This document shows positions 45,271 to 55,864 of a DNA stretch of 64,000 nt, in pieces; the first letter of the stretch is position 1, and every line of letters begins with the position of its first letter. The translations under genes were made by a program, and so were the position numbers. Below the pieces are notes generated by a model. The model made no database searches, had not been told where the DNA came from, and saw nothing but the letters and a program-made list of their open reading frames with translations. Source of the DNA: a virus; IMG/VR virus record IMGVR_UViG_3300045988_061913, positions 1-64,000 of that record; one strand, given 5' to 3'.

Positions 45271-45861
45271 ATGGAATTTACTCCTATAACAGGACTTCAG
45301 ATTAGAATTAATTTCTATACAAACAGAGGTTGTGTGCTTGAAGATGTAATAGAAAATCATTTCTATAACTATTTTAGCTTAGTTAATCCTCTAATAATCG
45401 GAAGAAAAGAATCCATCGCGGGAAAACCTACAGATGGAATAGTTAGATTCTATGACGAAAACCGGAATGTCAAGTTCTGGATTCTTCAAGAAACTAAAAG
45501 AGATATAGGTATTAACTCTGTTTTCGTACATAGGTCTTTATTACAGGCTATGATGTATTTAGGAAACGTGTATTATGATACTAGTACTCATTTAGGAGTA
45601 GATAATTTCAATGGAGTATTTCTCGATTCGGCAAGGTATTTTTGCTACATTCCGAGAAGAGAAATAGATACTCTAATGGAAAAATTTGAACCTTTATGGC
45701 GCAAATATTTTCGAGTTTCACCTTCCAAAGCATACAAAGAACCAGAATTAGAGAGTTTTGCAGAATTAGCTATGTATTCTCTAAGGCATAGGGTTAAAGA
45801 ATTGGATGAACACTTTAGATTAGACCTCCTATTAAAGGAGATTTACTATAATAATGTTTAA
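45271..45861 (+). CDS. Hypothetical protein (196 aa)
   Basis: ORF in the track. Confidence 0.5.
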   Translation: MEFTPITGLQIRINFYTNRGCVLEDVIENHFYNYFSLVNPLIIGRKESIAGKPTDGIVRFYDENRNVKFWILQETKRDIGINSVFVHRSLLQAMMYLGNVYYDTSTHLGVDNFNGVFLDSARYFCYIPRREIDTLMEKFEPLWRKYFRVSPSKAYKEPELESFAELAMYSLRHRVKELDEHFRLDLLLKEIYYNNV

Positions 45862-45863
45862 AT

Positions 45864-46631
45864 ATGGAATTGACGATTGAACAATTGATGCAAGGGAAAG
45901 CAACTAGAATTAAGGATAAAGAGTATTTTACTACTGAAGCCTATGTAACTCCGTTTATAGACAGAGTATCTAAAATGACTGATAATTTTATCATTAATGC
46001 TAAGCCTGCTGACCAAATATCGCTTACTAAAGATGGGGAGATTAATTTTGATGATGTAATATACAATAGAGTTTGGATTCAAGGTGTTTTGCCGGACGAA
46101 TATGCTTGGGATAATCATAAAAGAGTAATTAGTATGATTTATGCCCTTGATACTCGTAAACCATTAGTTAAGTTCTATGTAGGAGCTTTAAATATGGCTT
46201 GTCTAAACTTGTGTGTATTTAATCCAGAAATGTTAAATGTTTCTGAGCTAGAGCCAGAATCTGCTATTAACTATAGCTTCTTAAGAAATGCTATGTCGAT
46301 GACAGATGAAACCAACTTAATGCTTAAGAAACTTTCAGAGATGGAGTATAAGAAAGATGATATATATGCTAGCCTAGGTCACTGGGTTGACAACTGCATC
46401 AATTCTAAAATCAACATGGGATTTGGTTCTGTAAAATTAGCTGAATCTGCTCCGATTGATGTTTATAAAGATTTGTTTTATGATGAAAAATCTAAGTATT
46501 ATACAACAGACAATGTTGTAGATGGATTTACCGTGTATAACGCATTTACTGACTTGATTACCCAGGATAAGAGAGACTTAGTAAATAAATTCGAGAAGAC
46601 ATTGTTAATTAAGGACGTAATGGGTATTTGA
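45864..46631 (+). CDS. Hypothetical protein (255 aa)
   Basis: ORF in the track. Confidence 0.5.
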   Translation: MELTIEQLMQGKATRIKDKEYFTTEAYVTPFIDRVSKMTDNFIINAKPADQISLTKDGEINFDDVIYNRVWIQGVLPDEYAWDNHKRVISMIYALDTRKPLVKFYVGALNMACLNLCVFNPEMLNVSELEPESAINYSFLRNAMSMTDETNLMLKKLSEMEYKKDDIYASLGHWVDNCINSKINMGFGSVKLAESAPIDVYKDLFYDEKSKYYTTDNVVDGFTVYNAFTDLITQDKRDLVNKFEKTLLIKDVMGI

Positions 46632-46632
46632 T

Positions 46633-48801
46633 ATGCAAGTAGTAAAGAGAGACGGAAGTTTACAGGAATTTGACGGTAATAAGATAGTAGAAGCAATATC
46701 TAAAGCATTTAATGCTTGCTGTCCTGAAGAAAATAAAGAAGTCATTACAGCTATGGTGGCTGATATGCATTTATGGGACGGCATTACTATAGAAGAGATT
46801 CAGGACGTAGTAATAGAAACCTTGAGGGACTATGGTTACGATGATGTAGCCTCAGCATATTCTCAGTATAGAAGTGAACAATCTAGACTTAGAGAAATCA
46901 TAGCTAAGATTAGTTATCAAGATAACTATATTAATAGTTCCGAAAATGCAGCTACTTCATCTGAAACAGATGGAAATGCTAACGTTGTATCTAAGAACGT
47001 TGCTACATTAGAGAGTGAGGATAGAAAGCGCGAGAACAGAGAAATTCAGCGCTATCGTATGAAGAAGAAATTAAAGCTTCTTTATCCCGAACTCTCTTCT
47101 CAATATTCTAGAGACCTAGACAGTCATATTATTTATACTCACGATGAGGCTTCTACGTCAGTACTTAAACAGTATTGTATGGCAGTCTCGTTATATCCTC
47201 TAATGTTAGAGGGAGTAGGTAATATTGATGGAGTTACTCCTGGCCCTCCTAACGATTTGCAGTCATTTAGTGGACAGGTTACTAACTTAGTATTTCTATT
47301 GTCTTCTCAATGTAAAGGAGCAGTTGCTGTAGGTAGCTATTTTATTGCACTTAACTATTATATTATTGCTGAATACGGAGAAAAGTGGTATGAGAAGCTC
47401 GATTGTATATGTACTTCGGAACATTCTCTTATTAAGAGAACTATCGAAGACTCCATCCTTAAAGCTTTTAAACAGTTTGTTTGGGGAATTAATCAACCTG
47501 CTGGAAACAGAAGTTATCAATCTCCCTTTACTAATGTTTCGTACTACGATAAGACCTATTTTGAATCTCTATTTGGAGAATTTTACTATCCAGACGGAAC
47601 TAAGCCAGAATGGGTAGCAATTGATACTTTACAGAGATTGTTCATGTCTTGGTTTAATAAACTTCGCTTGAAACAAGTTCTGACATTTCCAGTAGAAACC
47701 TTTGCTATGGTGCATGACGGTAAAGACATTATAGATAAGAACTATAAAGACTTATGTGCAGAAATGTATTCTCAAGGTCATAGTTTCTTTACCTATATCT
47801 CAGACAGTGCAGATAGTCTTGCATCTTGTTGTCGTCTTCGTAATGAATTAGCTGAAAATACATTTAGTCCTACCTCTGGTATGACTGGTGTAAAGACAGG
47901 TTCTTGTAATGTTATTACTCTGAATATTAACAGAATTGTCCAAGATTGGGCTAGACAAGAAACTACTTGGTGGAGTGAAGATGGAGACAAAAATCTCTTG
48001 CATTGTAAAGATAATGTTGCCCTACTCAAAAAATATCTAATAGATATTCTAGAGAGAGTATACAAGTATCACATTACCTATAAGACCATGCTCTATGAGT
48101 GGGAGGATAAGAAGATGTTTGCTTCTTCAAATGGAGGTTATATAAACATCAAAGACCTATATAGTACTATTGGGCTAAATGGTCTGAATGAAGCTGCTGA
48201 GTTCTTAGGAATGAAGGTATCTAATAATCCAGAATATTTTGAGTTTTTACAGCTCATACTTGGAACAATAAAAGAGCAGAATAAACTTCATTCTATCCAT
48301 GACAAAAAGCGCCCCTTCTTATTTAATTCTGAAGTCGTTCCAGCAGAGGGACTTGGTGGTAAGAATTATAAATGGGATAAAGCAGATGGCTATTGGGTTC
48401 CTGAAGATAGGAATCTATACAATAGTTACTTCTATAATGCCCATGATGATACATCAGTGTTGGATAAGTTTATACTTCATGGAAGGCAGACTTATCAGTA
48501 TACAGATGGAGGTAGTGCAGCTCACATTAACTTGGAGGAACATCTGTCTAAGGAGCAATACTTGAAGCTTATAGACTTTGCTATTCAGCAAGGAACTAAT
48601 TACTTCACGTTCAATATTCCTAATAGTAAGTGCGAGGATTGTAAACATATTGTGAAAGCTCCCATTAAGGTATGTCCTAAATGTGGAAGTGAACATATTA
48701 CTCAATATACCAGAATTATTGGCTATCTAAGACCTATCACTGCTTTTGGTAAGGATAGAAGAATAGAAGCTGAAAGAAGAACATATTCAAAAAATGTATA
48801 A
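46633..48801 (+). CDS. nrdD: Anaerobic ribonucleoside-triphosphate reductase (class III RNR)
   Basis: N-terminal ATP-cone VVKRDGSLQEFDGNKIVEAISKA, 722 aa, C-terminal zinc ribbon CEDCKHIV...CPKCGS and glycyl-radical motif RIIGYLRP. Confidence 0.85.
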   Translation: MQVVKRDGSLQEFDGNKIVEAISKAFNACCPEENKEVITAMVADMHLWDGITIEEIQDVVIETLRDYGYDDVASAYSQYRSEQSRLREIIAKISYQDNYINSSENAATSSETDGNANVVSKNVATLESEDRKRENREIQRYRMKKKLKLLYPELSSQYSRDLDSHIIYTHDEASTSVLKQYCMAVSLYPLMLEGVGNIDGVTPGPPNDLQSFSGQVTNLVFLLSSQCKGAVAVGSYFIALNYYIIAEYGEKWYEKLDCICTSEHSLIKRTIEDSILKAFKQFVWGINQPAGNRSYQSPFTNVSYYDKTYFESLFGEFYYPDGTKPEWVAIDTLQRLFMSWFNKLRLKQVLTFPVETFAMVHDGKDIIDKNYKDLCAEMYSQGHSFFTYISDSADSLASCCRLRNELAENTFSPTSGMTGVKTGSCNVITLNINRIVQDWARQETTWWSEDGDKNLLHCKDNVALLKKYLIDILERVYKYHITYKTMLYEWEDKKMFASSNGGYINIKDLYSTIGLNGLNEAAEFLGMKVSNNPEYFEFLQLILGTIKEQNKLHSIHDKKRPFLFNSEVVPAEGLGGKNYKWDKADGYWVPEDRNLYNSYFYNAHDDTSVLDKFILHGRQTYQYTDGGSAAHINLEEHLSKEQYLKLIDFAIQQGTNYFTFNIPNSKCEDCKHIVKAPIKVCPKCGSEHITQYTRIIGYLRPITAFGKDRRIEAERRTYSKNV

Positions 48802-48994
48802 AATAGAAGAGTTTGTAGGAACAGCTGCTGAGCTGGAGAAGTTCCTTAATGAAATGCAAGTTATTAAACATTTTAATCTATCTCATATAGTATCTAGACA
48901 AGCTAAAACTTTTGCAGGACCTGGATGCTCAGTTGATAGAACCGTTTATACCTTAGTATTTTATGGGAATGACGAAGAAACAAATATATCTTGA
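48794..48994 (+). CDS. Hypothetical protein (66 aa)
   Basis: ORF in the track. Confidence 0.3.
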   Translation: MYKIEEFVGTAAELEKFLNEMQVIKHFNLSHIVSRQAKTFAGPGCSVDRTVYTLVFYGNDEETNIS

Positions 48995-49130
48995 ATATGC
49001 TAAAGAAAACTTATGTAAAGATTGCTTGACTTGTGCAGACTTCGGGTATTATTGTAGAGGAAATAAAGAAAGATGTAATGCGTGGAAATACGATGAAAAA
49101 GCACATTATAGAATTGATAAAGTTGTATGA
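48963..49130 (+). CDS. Small Cys-rich (zinc-ribbon-like) protein, 55 aa
   Basis: ATG at 48963 runs in-frame to a TGA overlapping the next start. It encodes CKDCLTCADFGYYCRGNKERC and is below the ORF-track cutoff. Confidence 0.3.
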   Translation: MGMTKKQIYLEYAKENLCKDCLTCADFGYYCRGNKERCNAWKYDEKAHYRIDKVV

Positions 49131-49792
49131 GTAAAGTTTTAATTATTCCAGATGTTCACGGTAGACCATTCTGGAGAAAAGCAAAAGAGAAGATTAATAG
49201 TGTGGATAAGGTAGTCTTTTTAGGGGACTACCTCGACCCATATGGTTATGAAGGTATTACTAGAGAGAATGCGATAGAGGAGTTTAAAGAGATTATCCAA
49301 TTCAAAGTTGATAATCCCGATAAGGTAATACTACTCCTTGGAAATCACGACTGTGCTTATTGCTATGATTTCGGAAGTGCTTCTAGGTATGATTACGCTA
49401 ATGCAGAGCTAATTAAGGAAATGTTTGAGAATTTCAAGTCTCTATTCCAACTCAAATACTTCTCGGAAGGTATTCTATATACTCATGCTGGAGTTACTAA
49501 TGATTGGTTAAAGAGTATGGATTTTACTATTACTGACCTAATTACTAAGCCTGAGGACTTTCTAGTTGGCTTCCTATGGGAAGTATCTCGTATGAGAGGA
49601 GGGTGGTCTAATACAGGCAGTATGGTATGGAGCGATGTCAGAGAAGGAGATAGAGAGTCTACATATTATCAAATATTTGGGCATACTCAATTGGAATCAG
49701 AACCCATTATTACTGACAAGTTTGCTTGCTTAGACGTAAGAAGACCTTTTATATTAGATACAGAAACTAAAAAGATTGAGGAGTATGCTTAA
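49127..49792 (+). CDS. Calcineurin-like metallophosphoesterase (Ser/Thr phosphatase-like)
   Basis: Motifs DVHG, GDYLD and GNHD in canonical order. Confidence 0.65.
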   Translation: MSKVLIIPDVHGRPFWRKAKEKINSVDKVVFLGDYLDPYGYEGITRENAIEEFKEIIQFKVDNPDKVILLLGNHDCAYCYDFGSASRYDYANAELIKEMFENFKSLFQLKYFSEGILYTHAGVTNDWLKSMDFTITDLITKPEDFLVGFLWEVSRMRGGWSNTGSMVWSDVREGDRESTYYQIFGHTQLESEPIITDKFACLDVRRPFILDTETKKIEEYA

Positions 49793-50279
49793 ATATGTTG
49801 ATGCCAGAGTAGTCTTTCAGGAAATTCCGGATGAGATTACATTAGCTATAAATATATCTAACTGTCCTTGTCATTGTAAAGGATGTCATAGTCAATACCT
49901 AGCCGAAGATATAGGTAAACCATTAATTGAATATCCGCAGGGGTTCTCTGATGATTACATTATTCATCTAGACGAACTAATTACAGATGGTATTTCGTGT
50001 ATAGCATTTATGGGAGGGGATTCTGACCCTCACTTAGTAAATGTGTTAGCTAGTTTTGTTAAAGATTATTATCCGAATTTAAAAGTGGCATGGTACTCAG
50101 GTAGACAAGAACTATCAGAGCACGTGAATATGAAGCATTTCGATTATATCAAGCTAGGTCCATATATTGAAGAAAACGGGCCTTTAAATAGTAAGACAAC
50201 TAATCAAGTTATGCTTCATATAGATAATAGCTGTGGGAAACCCATAGTTAAAGACATAACATCACGTTTTTGGAAATGA
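49776..50279 (+). CDS. nrdG: Anaerobic RNR activating protein (radical SAM)
   Basis: Cys cluster NCPCHCKGCHS near the N-terminus, FMGGDSDP (cf. NrdG SGGDP); adjacent to nrdD. Confidence 0.6.
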   Translation: MRSMLKYVDARVVFQEIPDEITLAINISNCPCHCKGCHSQYLAEDIGKPLIEYPQGFSDDYIIHLDELITDGISCIAFMGGDSDPHLVNVLASFVKDYYPNLKVAWYSGRQELSEHVNMKHFDYIKLGPYIEENGPLNSKTTNQVMLHIDNSCGKPIVKDITSRFWK

Positions 50280-50575
50280 TTCTTAAGGTTGCATATGATG
50301 ATAACAGTCAACATCTGGTTGACGAATTAAAAAAGGTTCTTTCTAAATATCCTTTAGTAGAATTACAAACTTACCATGAAGGCTTGTTTAAGGAACGTAA
50401 AAACGCCTTCAAGCTTAAGGGAGGTTTTAGCGCTAGACATACTCCATTTGCTGTATTAATTGATAATGATGCAGCTCCAGTAATGGCATTCTACAGTGAA
50501 GCTAATACTTGTACCATAGAAGAGATAATGAAAGCATTAAATAATCCTGTAGTGTATGGTAGAATTGAAGGTTAA
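50270..50575 (+). CDS. Hypothetical protein (101 aa)
   Basis: ORF in the track. Confidence 0.4.
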   Translation: MEMILKVAYDDNSQHLVDELKKVLSKYPLVELQTYHEGLFKERKNAFKLKGGFSARHTPFAVLIDNDAAPVMAFYSEANTCTIEEIMKALNNPVVYGRIEG

Positions 50576-50897
50576 AGATATTATTGAAAGGAAGAAACTT
50601 CTGATAAAAGGACTTGGAGAGAATATCTTCAAGGACTTTACTGAAGAAGAAGAAAATCTCTTGCACTCCAAGCACGGAATGATTAAAGTTAGTCATAGGT
50701 CAGGCGCTGGTAAAGTGTACGAAGGGATAACTGGAGCGTTTAAGGTTGGGCTTCCTCTAATTATTGATAGTGAGCCGACTAAGATAATACAGAGAATTAC
50801 CATGATAGATTGGGACTCTAGTATGTTCCAGGATGCAGATGGAGAGTGGTTTATATTTGAATTTACTCCAATAAGACTCTACGAATTAAGTGTATGA
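50556..50897 (+). CDS. Hypothetical protein (113 aa)
   Basis: ORF in the track. Confidence 0.4.
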   Translation: MVELKVKDIIERKKLLIKGLGENIFKDFTEEEENLLHSKHGMIKVSHRSGAGKVYEGITGAFKVGLPLIIDSEPTKIIQRITMIDWDSSMFQDADGEWFIFEFTPIRLYELSV

Positions 50898-51199
50898 TAA
50901 GAAAATTTACTAACATCGTTTGTGTATATTACAACGACAAAAATTATATTCCAGCTAAGTATAATTGTCCAGACTTAGAGATTGATGATGTAATTCTCAA
51001 CCTGACTACAAACAAGGAACAGAATTATGAAAAGATTTCTGAGATTATTGTTGATTATGCCTTTGCTTTGTTCTGTAACAAATCTGATTTAAAAGATTTT
51101 TCACAAGACCATAAGAAGTATAAGAGGCAGAACTGGAAATTGCTCGACTTTAGGGAAATAATTAAAACAACAGAGATAAAACCAAAAGATCAGAAATGA
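50894..51199 (+). CDS. Hypothetical protein (101 aa)
   Basis: ORF in the track. Confidence 0.4.
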   Translation: MIRKFTNIVCVYYNDKNYIPAKYNCPDLEIDDVILNLTTNKEQNYEKISEIIVDYAFALFCNKSDLKDFSQDHKKYKRQNWKLLDFREIIKTTEIKPKDQK

Positions 51200-51750
51200 A
51201 ATATGGAGTTATTTTAGCTAGGTTTCAGCCCATTCACAATGGGCACCTAGCTTTAATTAAAAAAGCTTGTTCAGAGAACGATAAGGTTCTTTTGTTAGTT
51301 GGTAGTGCTGATAAAGTAAACAAGCGTAATCCTATTCCTATAAAGGTTAGGATAAAATTACTAGAAACTGCCTTAGAGGACGAAGGTTTACTTAGTAGAT
51401 GTATCATTCACCCTCTTAATGATTTGACTGATGAGTCTGATAACTCTCAGGATTGGGGATTCTATTTATATGCTAACATAGTTAGTATTATAAAAGAGTC
51501 CCATTTTAATATCTACTATAGCGATGGATACGAAATTATTACAACATGGTTTCCAAAGTTTATGCTGAAGGGTTATATATCAATGACTCTCATGGCAAGA
51601 GAACAGGTAGAAGAAGGTATATCGGCTACTGTTGTAAGAGATGCCCTAAGATCTAATTTAAGCCTAGAAGGACTAGTTCCTAAGTGTGTTATAGATGCAA
51701 GATTTTATTTAACTGAATTTATTTTATTACATGAAAGTACTCATAATTAA
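51196..51750 (+). CDS. Nicotinamide/nicotinate-mononucleotide adenylyltransferase (NMNAT, NadM/NadD-like cytidylyltransferase fold)
   Basis: N-terminal [14 protein letters not shown] (the (H/T)xGH nucleotidyltransferase motif) and C-terminal [11 protein letters not shown] (ISxTxxR motif). Confidence 0.65.
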   Translation: MKYGVILARFQPIHNGHLALIKKACSENDKVLLLVGSADKVNKRNPIPIKVRIKLLETALEDEGLLSRCIIHPLNDLTDESDNSQDWGFYLYANIVSIIKESHFNIYYSDGYEIITTWFPKFMLKGYISMTLMAREQVEEGISATVVRDALRSNLSLEGLVPKCVIDARFYLTEFILLHESTHN

Positions 51751-52312
51751 TAAATCAAGACATCAACTTCCTCAGTATGAAACTCCCTTATCAGCAGGTA
51801 TGGATATTAGAGGAGACTTTAGTAGAATTAAGTTAGTAGACAATAAGCCTGAGAAATTCTTTTTCGATGCTGATGTTGTAGCTATTAGTAAAATTGAAGA
51901 TCCAAATGGTCCATTTGTGGTAGACAAGGAAGGAAATCTTACTGATAGAAGAGTTCCTAGTATTCCCGTTGCTTCTACTATTGAAATAAAGCCAGGAGGT
52001 AGATGTTTGATTCCGACTGGATTGTTTATAGCTTTACCTAAGGGTTACGAGGCGCAAGTTAGACCACGAAGCGGTCTTGCACTAAAATTGGGACTTACTG
52101 TCCTTAATTCACCTGGAACCATTGACGCTGACTACAGAGGAGAGATTGGAGTTGTATTAGTGAACACTTCCAATGTCCCAGTTAGAATTACTGATGGAGA
52201 AAGAATTGCCCAAATAGTTATTGCTAAGCATGAAACTATAGAATGGGAAGTTGTTGAAGAATTACCTTCCACTGAACGAGGAGAAGGGGGATTTGGACAT
52301 ACCGGAGTATGA
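51731..52312 (+). CDS. dut: dUTP diphosphatase (trimeric dUTPase)
   Basis: All five motifs are present: [32 protein letters not shown] and [10 protein letters not shown]. Confidence 0.85.
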   Translation: MKVLIINKSRHQLPQYETPLSAGMDIRGDFSRIKLVDNKPEKFFFDADVVAISKIEDPNGPFVVDKEGNLTDRRVPSIPVASTIEIKPGGRCLIPTGLFIALPKGYEAQVRPRSGLALKLGLTVLNSPGTIDADYRGEIGVVLVNTSNVPVRITDGERIAQIVIAKHETIEWEVVEELPSTERGEGGFGHTGV

Positions 52313-52554
52313 TATGGATATTAATGGTATTGGGGTTATGTAATTTAGCCCTAATACTTTGTCTCATGCGGAGAGTTGAGGACATTAGTAATCAAATCAA
52401 AACTAATTATCACTTTATTGATGATACAAGAGACAAAGTCAAGTATCTAACTTCTCTAATGGATATACGAGTGAATATTCCAGAAGAAATCGAGAAGCAA
52501 TTTGGTAAGATGAAAAAGGAAATTGTTGTTAAAAATGTATTAAAAGCACCATGA
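52309..52554 (+). CDS. Small membrane protein (81 aa)
   Basis: ORF in the track with an N-terminal TM helix. Confidence 0.4.
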   Translation: MIWILMVLGLCNLALILCLMRRVEDISNQIKTNYHFIDDTRDKVKYLTSLMDIRVNIPEEIEKQFGKMKKEIVVKNVLKAP

Positions 52555-53186
52555 CTAAAGAGGAATTGAGGTCTAAAATATTAGAACTCGAAGAAGCTAT
52601 GAGAGAAGAAGACAGCAAGTCTACCACAGCTAAACTAAGTGATGAATGGGATGAATTAATGAGTAAGTTGGAAGATGTTATCTATGACGAACTCGAAGGT
52701 GTTGCAGTTAAGATAGTCACTGAAAGAATTGTTGATAAATACGATGTAGACACTGATATATTAATTGCAGAGTATATGGAAAGTGGAGACCTAGAGGAAT
52801 CATTTAAGATAGCAGCCGAGGAGTGCGATTGGAAGACAGATATTACAAAAAAGAATATTAAAATAATTACTACTATGACTAAAGAAGGATTTGTAAAGCT
52901 TATTGAAAATGCCCAGAACTATTCTAAGGAATTGGATAGATGGTCTAATTTTGGAATTGATTTGTTTGAACTTCCTATATCCGAACTCGGTTGGGGATTC
53001 TTAAATACAGTACTTCCGGAATTGTTCTCTGATGAAGGAGTGGACTGGGTTAATTGGTGGTTGTTTGAGAAGCCTGGACTATTCAAAAATAGTCTTCCTA
53101 ATGAAGCTTATGATGAAGACGGAAATATAATTCCTACTGATACGATTGATGATTTGTGGAACTTAGTTAAGGACTACCAGAAATGA
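52551..53186 (+). CDS. Hypothetical acidic protein (211 aa)
   Basis: ORF in the track. Confidence 0.45.
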   Translation: MTKEELRSKILELEEAMREEDSKSTTAKLSDEWDELMSKLEDVIYDELEGVAVKIVTERIVDKYDVDTDILIAEYMESGDLEESFKIAAEECDWKTDITKKNIKIITTMTKEGFVKLIENAQNYSKELDRWSNFGIDLFELPISELGWGFLNTVLPELFSDEGVDWVNWWLFEKPGLFKNSLPNEAYDEDGNIIPTDTIDDLWNLVKDYQK

Positions 53187-53413
53187 CACTAGAAGAACTT
53201 AAAAAGAAAGTAGTCACTATTACAGTACACAAAAATATTGTATTAGGGGAAGATTTACATGAAGATGATCTGCTAGAGTTTCTCGAACTGCAAGAGGAGG
53301 AGGCTTGTTCTGACGAAAGATTATTACAAGCAATAAAAAATGCCTACTACGGAACTCTTAGTGATATTGAAGATATTATCTACGATAACCTCAATGTAAC
53401 TATTCATGATTAA
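53183..53413 (+). CDS. Hypothetical protein (76 aa)
   Basis: ORF in the track. Confidence 0.4.
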   Translation: MTLEELKKKVVTITVHKNIVLGEDLHEDDLLEFLELQEEEACSDERLLQAIKNAYYGTLSDIEDIIYDNLNVTIHD

Positions 53414-54605
53414 ATATTTGTTAAGCAAAGCCTCAACTGGCAAGTTTAGAGTTGTATATTTATCTACTACAGAGCAGTGGGATGAAGAAAAAGCTGGATT
53501 TGTAATTAATAGAGTTACAGGACAGCTACATGGAAAGATGACAGAGCAACCAGAAATAGTCATTACTAAAGGAAAAGCTGGTAGAACGCATAGAGAACAA
53601 CTTGAGTTGCAGTTTAAGTCTGAGCTTAAGAAATATTTAGATAAGGGTTACAAGGAGCTAGAGAACGATCCCGAAACTTATAGCGAAACTCAATTGGAAG
53701 AATTTTATGGAGACATTAAAACCGACCAGAATGGATTTGCAAAGCACATGCTTGCAAAATCTGCAGATAAAGTTAAGGAATCCTCAATCAATAAGGTTAA
53801 GTATTGGTATGCTAGCAGAAAAATTGATGGAGTTAGGTGTTCCTTCTACTATAAGGACGGTGAGATTCTATCTGCTTCCAGAGGTGGGGGGAATTATGAC
53901 TATTCAACAAGCCATATCCGAAACAATGAGAGATTGCTTGAGTTCTTCAGGAATCATCCCACTTACATTCTTGATGGAGAGTTGTATAGACATGGTAAAA
54001 GTCTCCAACAAATCAGTGGAGCAGCTCGTCTTGAGAAAAACGCAGTTGACTGCGACTGGCTTGAATATTATGTTTACGATATAATGATTCCTAGTATGAA
54101 GTTCTCTGATAGGCTTGAAATTCTTAAGCAGCTTCAGAAAGAACTTAATCTTGGATTTAATCCAGATAAAGATTGGGAAGAGGGTGAGTTACAATTGCAA
54201 ATAGTCCCGCAGGAAAAGGTCTCTGGGTACGAGAATATTATGAAACTGCACAACCAATATGTTTCAGAAGGTTGGGAAGGAGTAGTATGTAGAAATCCAG
54301 ATAAAGAGTATGGCTTCGGCAAGCGTACTAATGATATGCTAAAATTTAAATTCTACAAAGATGCAGAGTTTGAAATTACTGGTTTATCAGAAGGTCTTCG
54401 GGAAGAAGATATGTGTTTTACGCTAATAACAGAAGATGGTATAGAATTTAAAGCTAAACCAATGGGTTCTAGAGAACTTAAACAGCAATATAGGGAAAGA
54501 CTTAAGGAGCTGATAGGAAAGATGGCTACTGTTAAGTACTTCTATCTATCTGATGAAGGTACTCCATTGCAACCTGTACTAAAATGTATTCGCGATTATG
54601 AGTAA
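53406..54605 (+). CDS. ATP-dependent DNA ligase
   Basis: Motif I RKIDGVR (KxDGxR), with HMLAKS upstream, motif III LDGELY, motif IV EGVVCRNPD and motif V MLKFK. Confidence 0.75.
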   Translation: MIKYLLSKASTGKFRVVYLSTTEQWDEEKAGFVINRVTGQLHGKMTEQPEIVITKGKAGRTHREQLELQFKSELKKYLDKGYKELENDPETYSETQLEEFYGDIKTDQNGFAKHMLAKSADKVKESSINKVKYWYASRKIDGVRCSFYYKDGEILSASRGGGNYDYSTSHIRNNERLLEFFRNHPTYILDGELYRHGKSLQQISGAARLEKNAVDCDWLEYYVYDIMIPSMKFSDRLEILKQLQKELNLGFNPDKDWEEGELQLQIVPQEKVSGYENIMKLHNQYVSEGWEGVVCRNPDKEYGFGKRTNDMLKFKFYKDAEFEITGLSEGLREEDMCFTLITEDGIEFKAKPMGSRELKQQYRERLKELIGKMATVKYFYLSDEGTPLQPVLKCIRDYE

Positions 54606-54843
54606 GTACAAATTTGATGTGTCGCTTGTTATATCTGGTCTTAGTGAAGGAGTATTCGAACTGCAGCCTAGTGACTATCTATACTGTGAGGACGAAGATG
54701 AGTTATTTGATGAAGTTAACGATACATTGTGTGGTACACTTCGCAAGCATATCAAGTTCTCTAGAGTATACACTTGCGAATCAGACTGGCGTTACCCAAA
54801 AGGATTTTTGGAAGAATGGAGGCGATTAAAGAATGAGCGCTGA
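54598..54843 (+). CDS. Hypothetical protein (81 aa)
   Basis: ORF in the track. Confidence 0.4.
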   Translation: MSKYKFDVSLVISGLSEGVFELQPSDYLYCEDEDELFDEVNDTLCGTLRKHIKFSRVYTCESDWRYPKGFLEEWRRLKNER

Positions 54844-55033
54844 AGATATAATTATTTTAGTTATCGCTAATATAGTTGGCAACAGCTCAAATAGATTCGG
54901 GCAATCACACGAGCTGTATCTTCCAAAGTCTCTAGAGTCAGAAGTACATGATAAGTGGGACAACTGCTATCATCAAGGCAAATACTATATAGCTGGAAAT
55001 ACTTTTAAAATCAATTTTTATGAAGAAGATTAA
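54833..55033 (+). CDS. Hypothetical protein (66 aa)
   Basis: ORF in the track. Confidence 0.35.
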   Translation: MSAEDIIILVIANIVGNSSNRFGQSHELYLPKSLESEVHDKWDNCYHQGKYYIAGNTFKINFYEED

Positions 55034-55658
55034 GTATAGGCAATATTACTACGATGGGAACTTTTCTAACCTAGAGTTAGAAGTTCCCGACGAATGCCGT
55101 ATCTATGAGATAGGCTTTATGAATATATCTCACAAGATTGAAGAAGGTGAGACTAAAGCTTATGTTTTTCTTTGTCCTTCAGAAATCGAGGATTCTAAAC
55201 TGCTTTGTAATGTTTATCTATCTTACCTAGACGATGTTTTTATAGAAAACTCAGAAATACCTATACAGAATGTAGAGGAGGCTCCTAGATTTGAAAATGC
55301 GTATATGGTAAGATACTACAAAGATGCTGTGGCAGAAAACAAAATATCAGCTATTCTAAGTAAAATAGGAAAGCTCAGTGAAGCTTCTGAACAGGATAGG
55401 AGTGACTTACAAGTATTATATAAGGAATCTAAGGGTATATCCGAAATATCTAAGCTTAGACGTATTACTTATAAAGGTATAGAGATAGGTAGTGTGTATT
55501 TCAAGAACTGGATAGATGGAACAGAAGTTGCTTCTATGGCTGTTAGTGAATTACCATATGGACGTATATGGTTTGAGGAGTTCTCTAATTCCAATGATAT
55601 AGTTGCTAAGTTTAAGGAAGAAGCAGATAAAATCTATAATTCTATAATAAATTATTAA
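55020..55658 (+). CDS. Hypothetical protein (212 aa)
   Basis: ORF in the track. Confidence 0.45.
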   Translation: MKKIKYRQYYYDGNFSNLELEVPDECRIYEIGFMNISHKIEEGETKAYVFLCPSEIEDSKLLCNVYLSYLDDVFIENSEIPIQNVEEAPRFENAYMVRYYKDAVAENKISAILSKIGKLSEASEQDRSDLQVLYKESKGISEISKLRRITYKGIEIGSVYFKNWIDGTEVASMAVSELPYGRIWFEEFSNSNDIVAKFKEEADKIYNSIINY

Positions 55659-55660
55659 TT

Positions 55661-55864
55661 ATGTATTTAAGTATTCGATTAGACGATGACAGCGTTGAAC
55701 TAATGCAGTCTGACATCGAAGATATGTGGAATTATCTGGAACAGGATACGGAAAATTTTGTGTATCATACAGCCTCGTACATAGAAGGTCTAGAGTTGGA
55801 GTATTATGCAGATGAGCTTAGGCCGCTATATGAGACATTGAAAAACTTCTTTGAAAATGAGTGA
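55661..55864 (+). CDS. Hypothetical acidic protein (67 aa)
   Basis: ORF in the track. Confidence 0.35.
   Translation: MYLSIRLDDDSVELMQSDIEDMWNYLEQDTENFVYHTASYIEGLELEYYADELRPLYETLKNFFENE

Noticed and set aside
54614-54829. ORF 54614-54829 overlapping ORF 54598-54843 in another frame; similarly 44818-45030 inside 44580-45137
   Set aside because: They are fully contained within a longer same-strand ORF, and their translations are low-complexity. Only the longer ORFs are kept.
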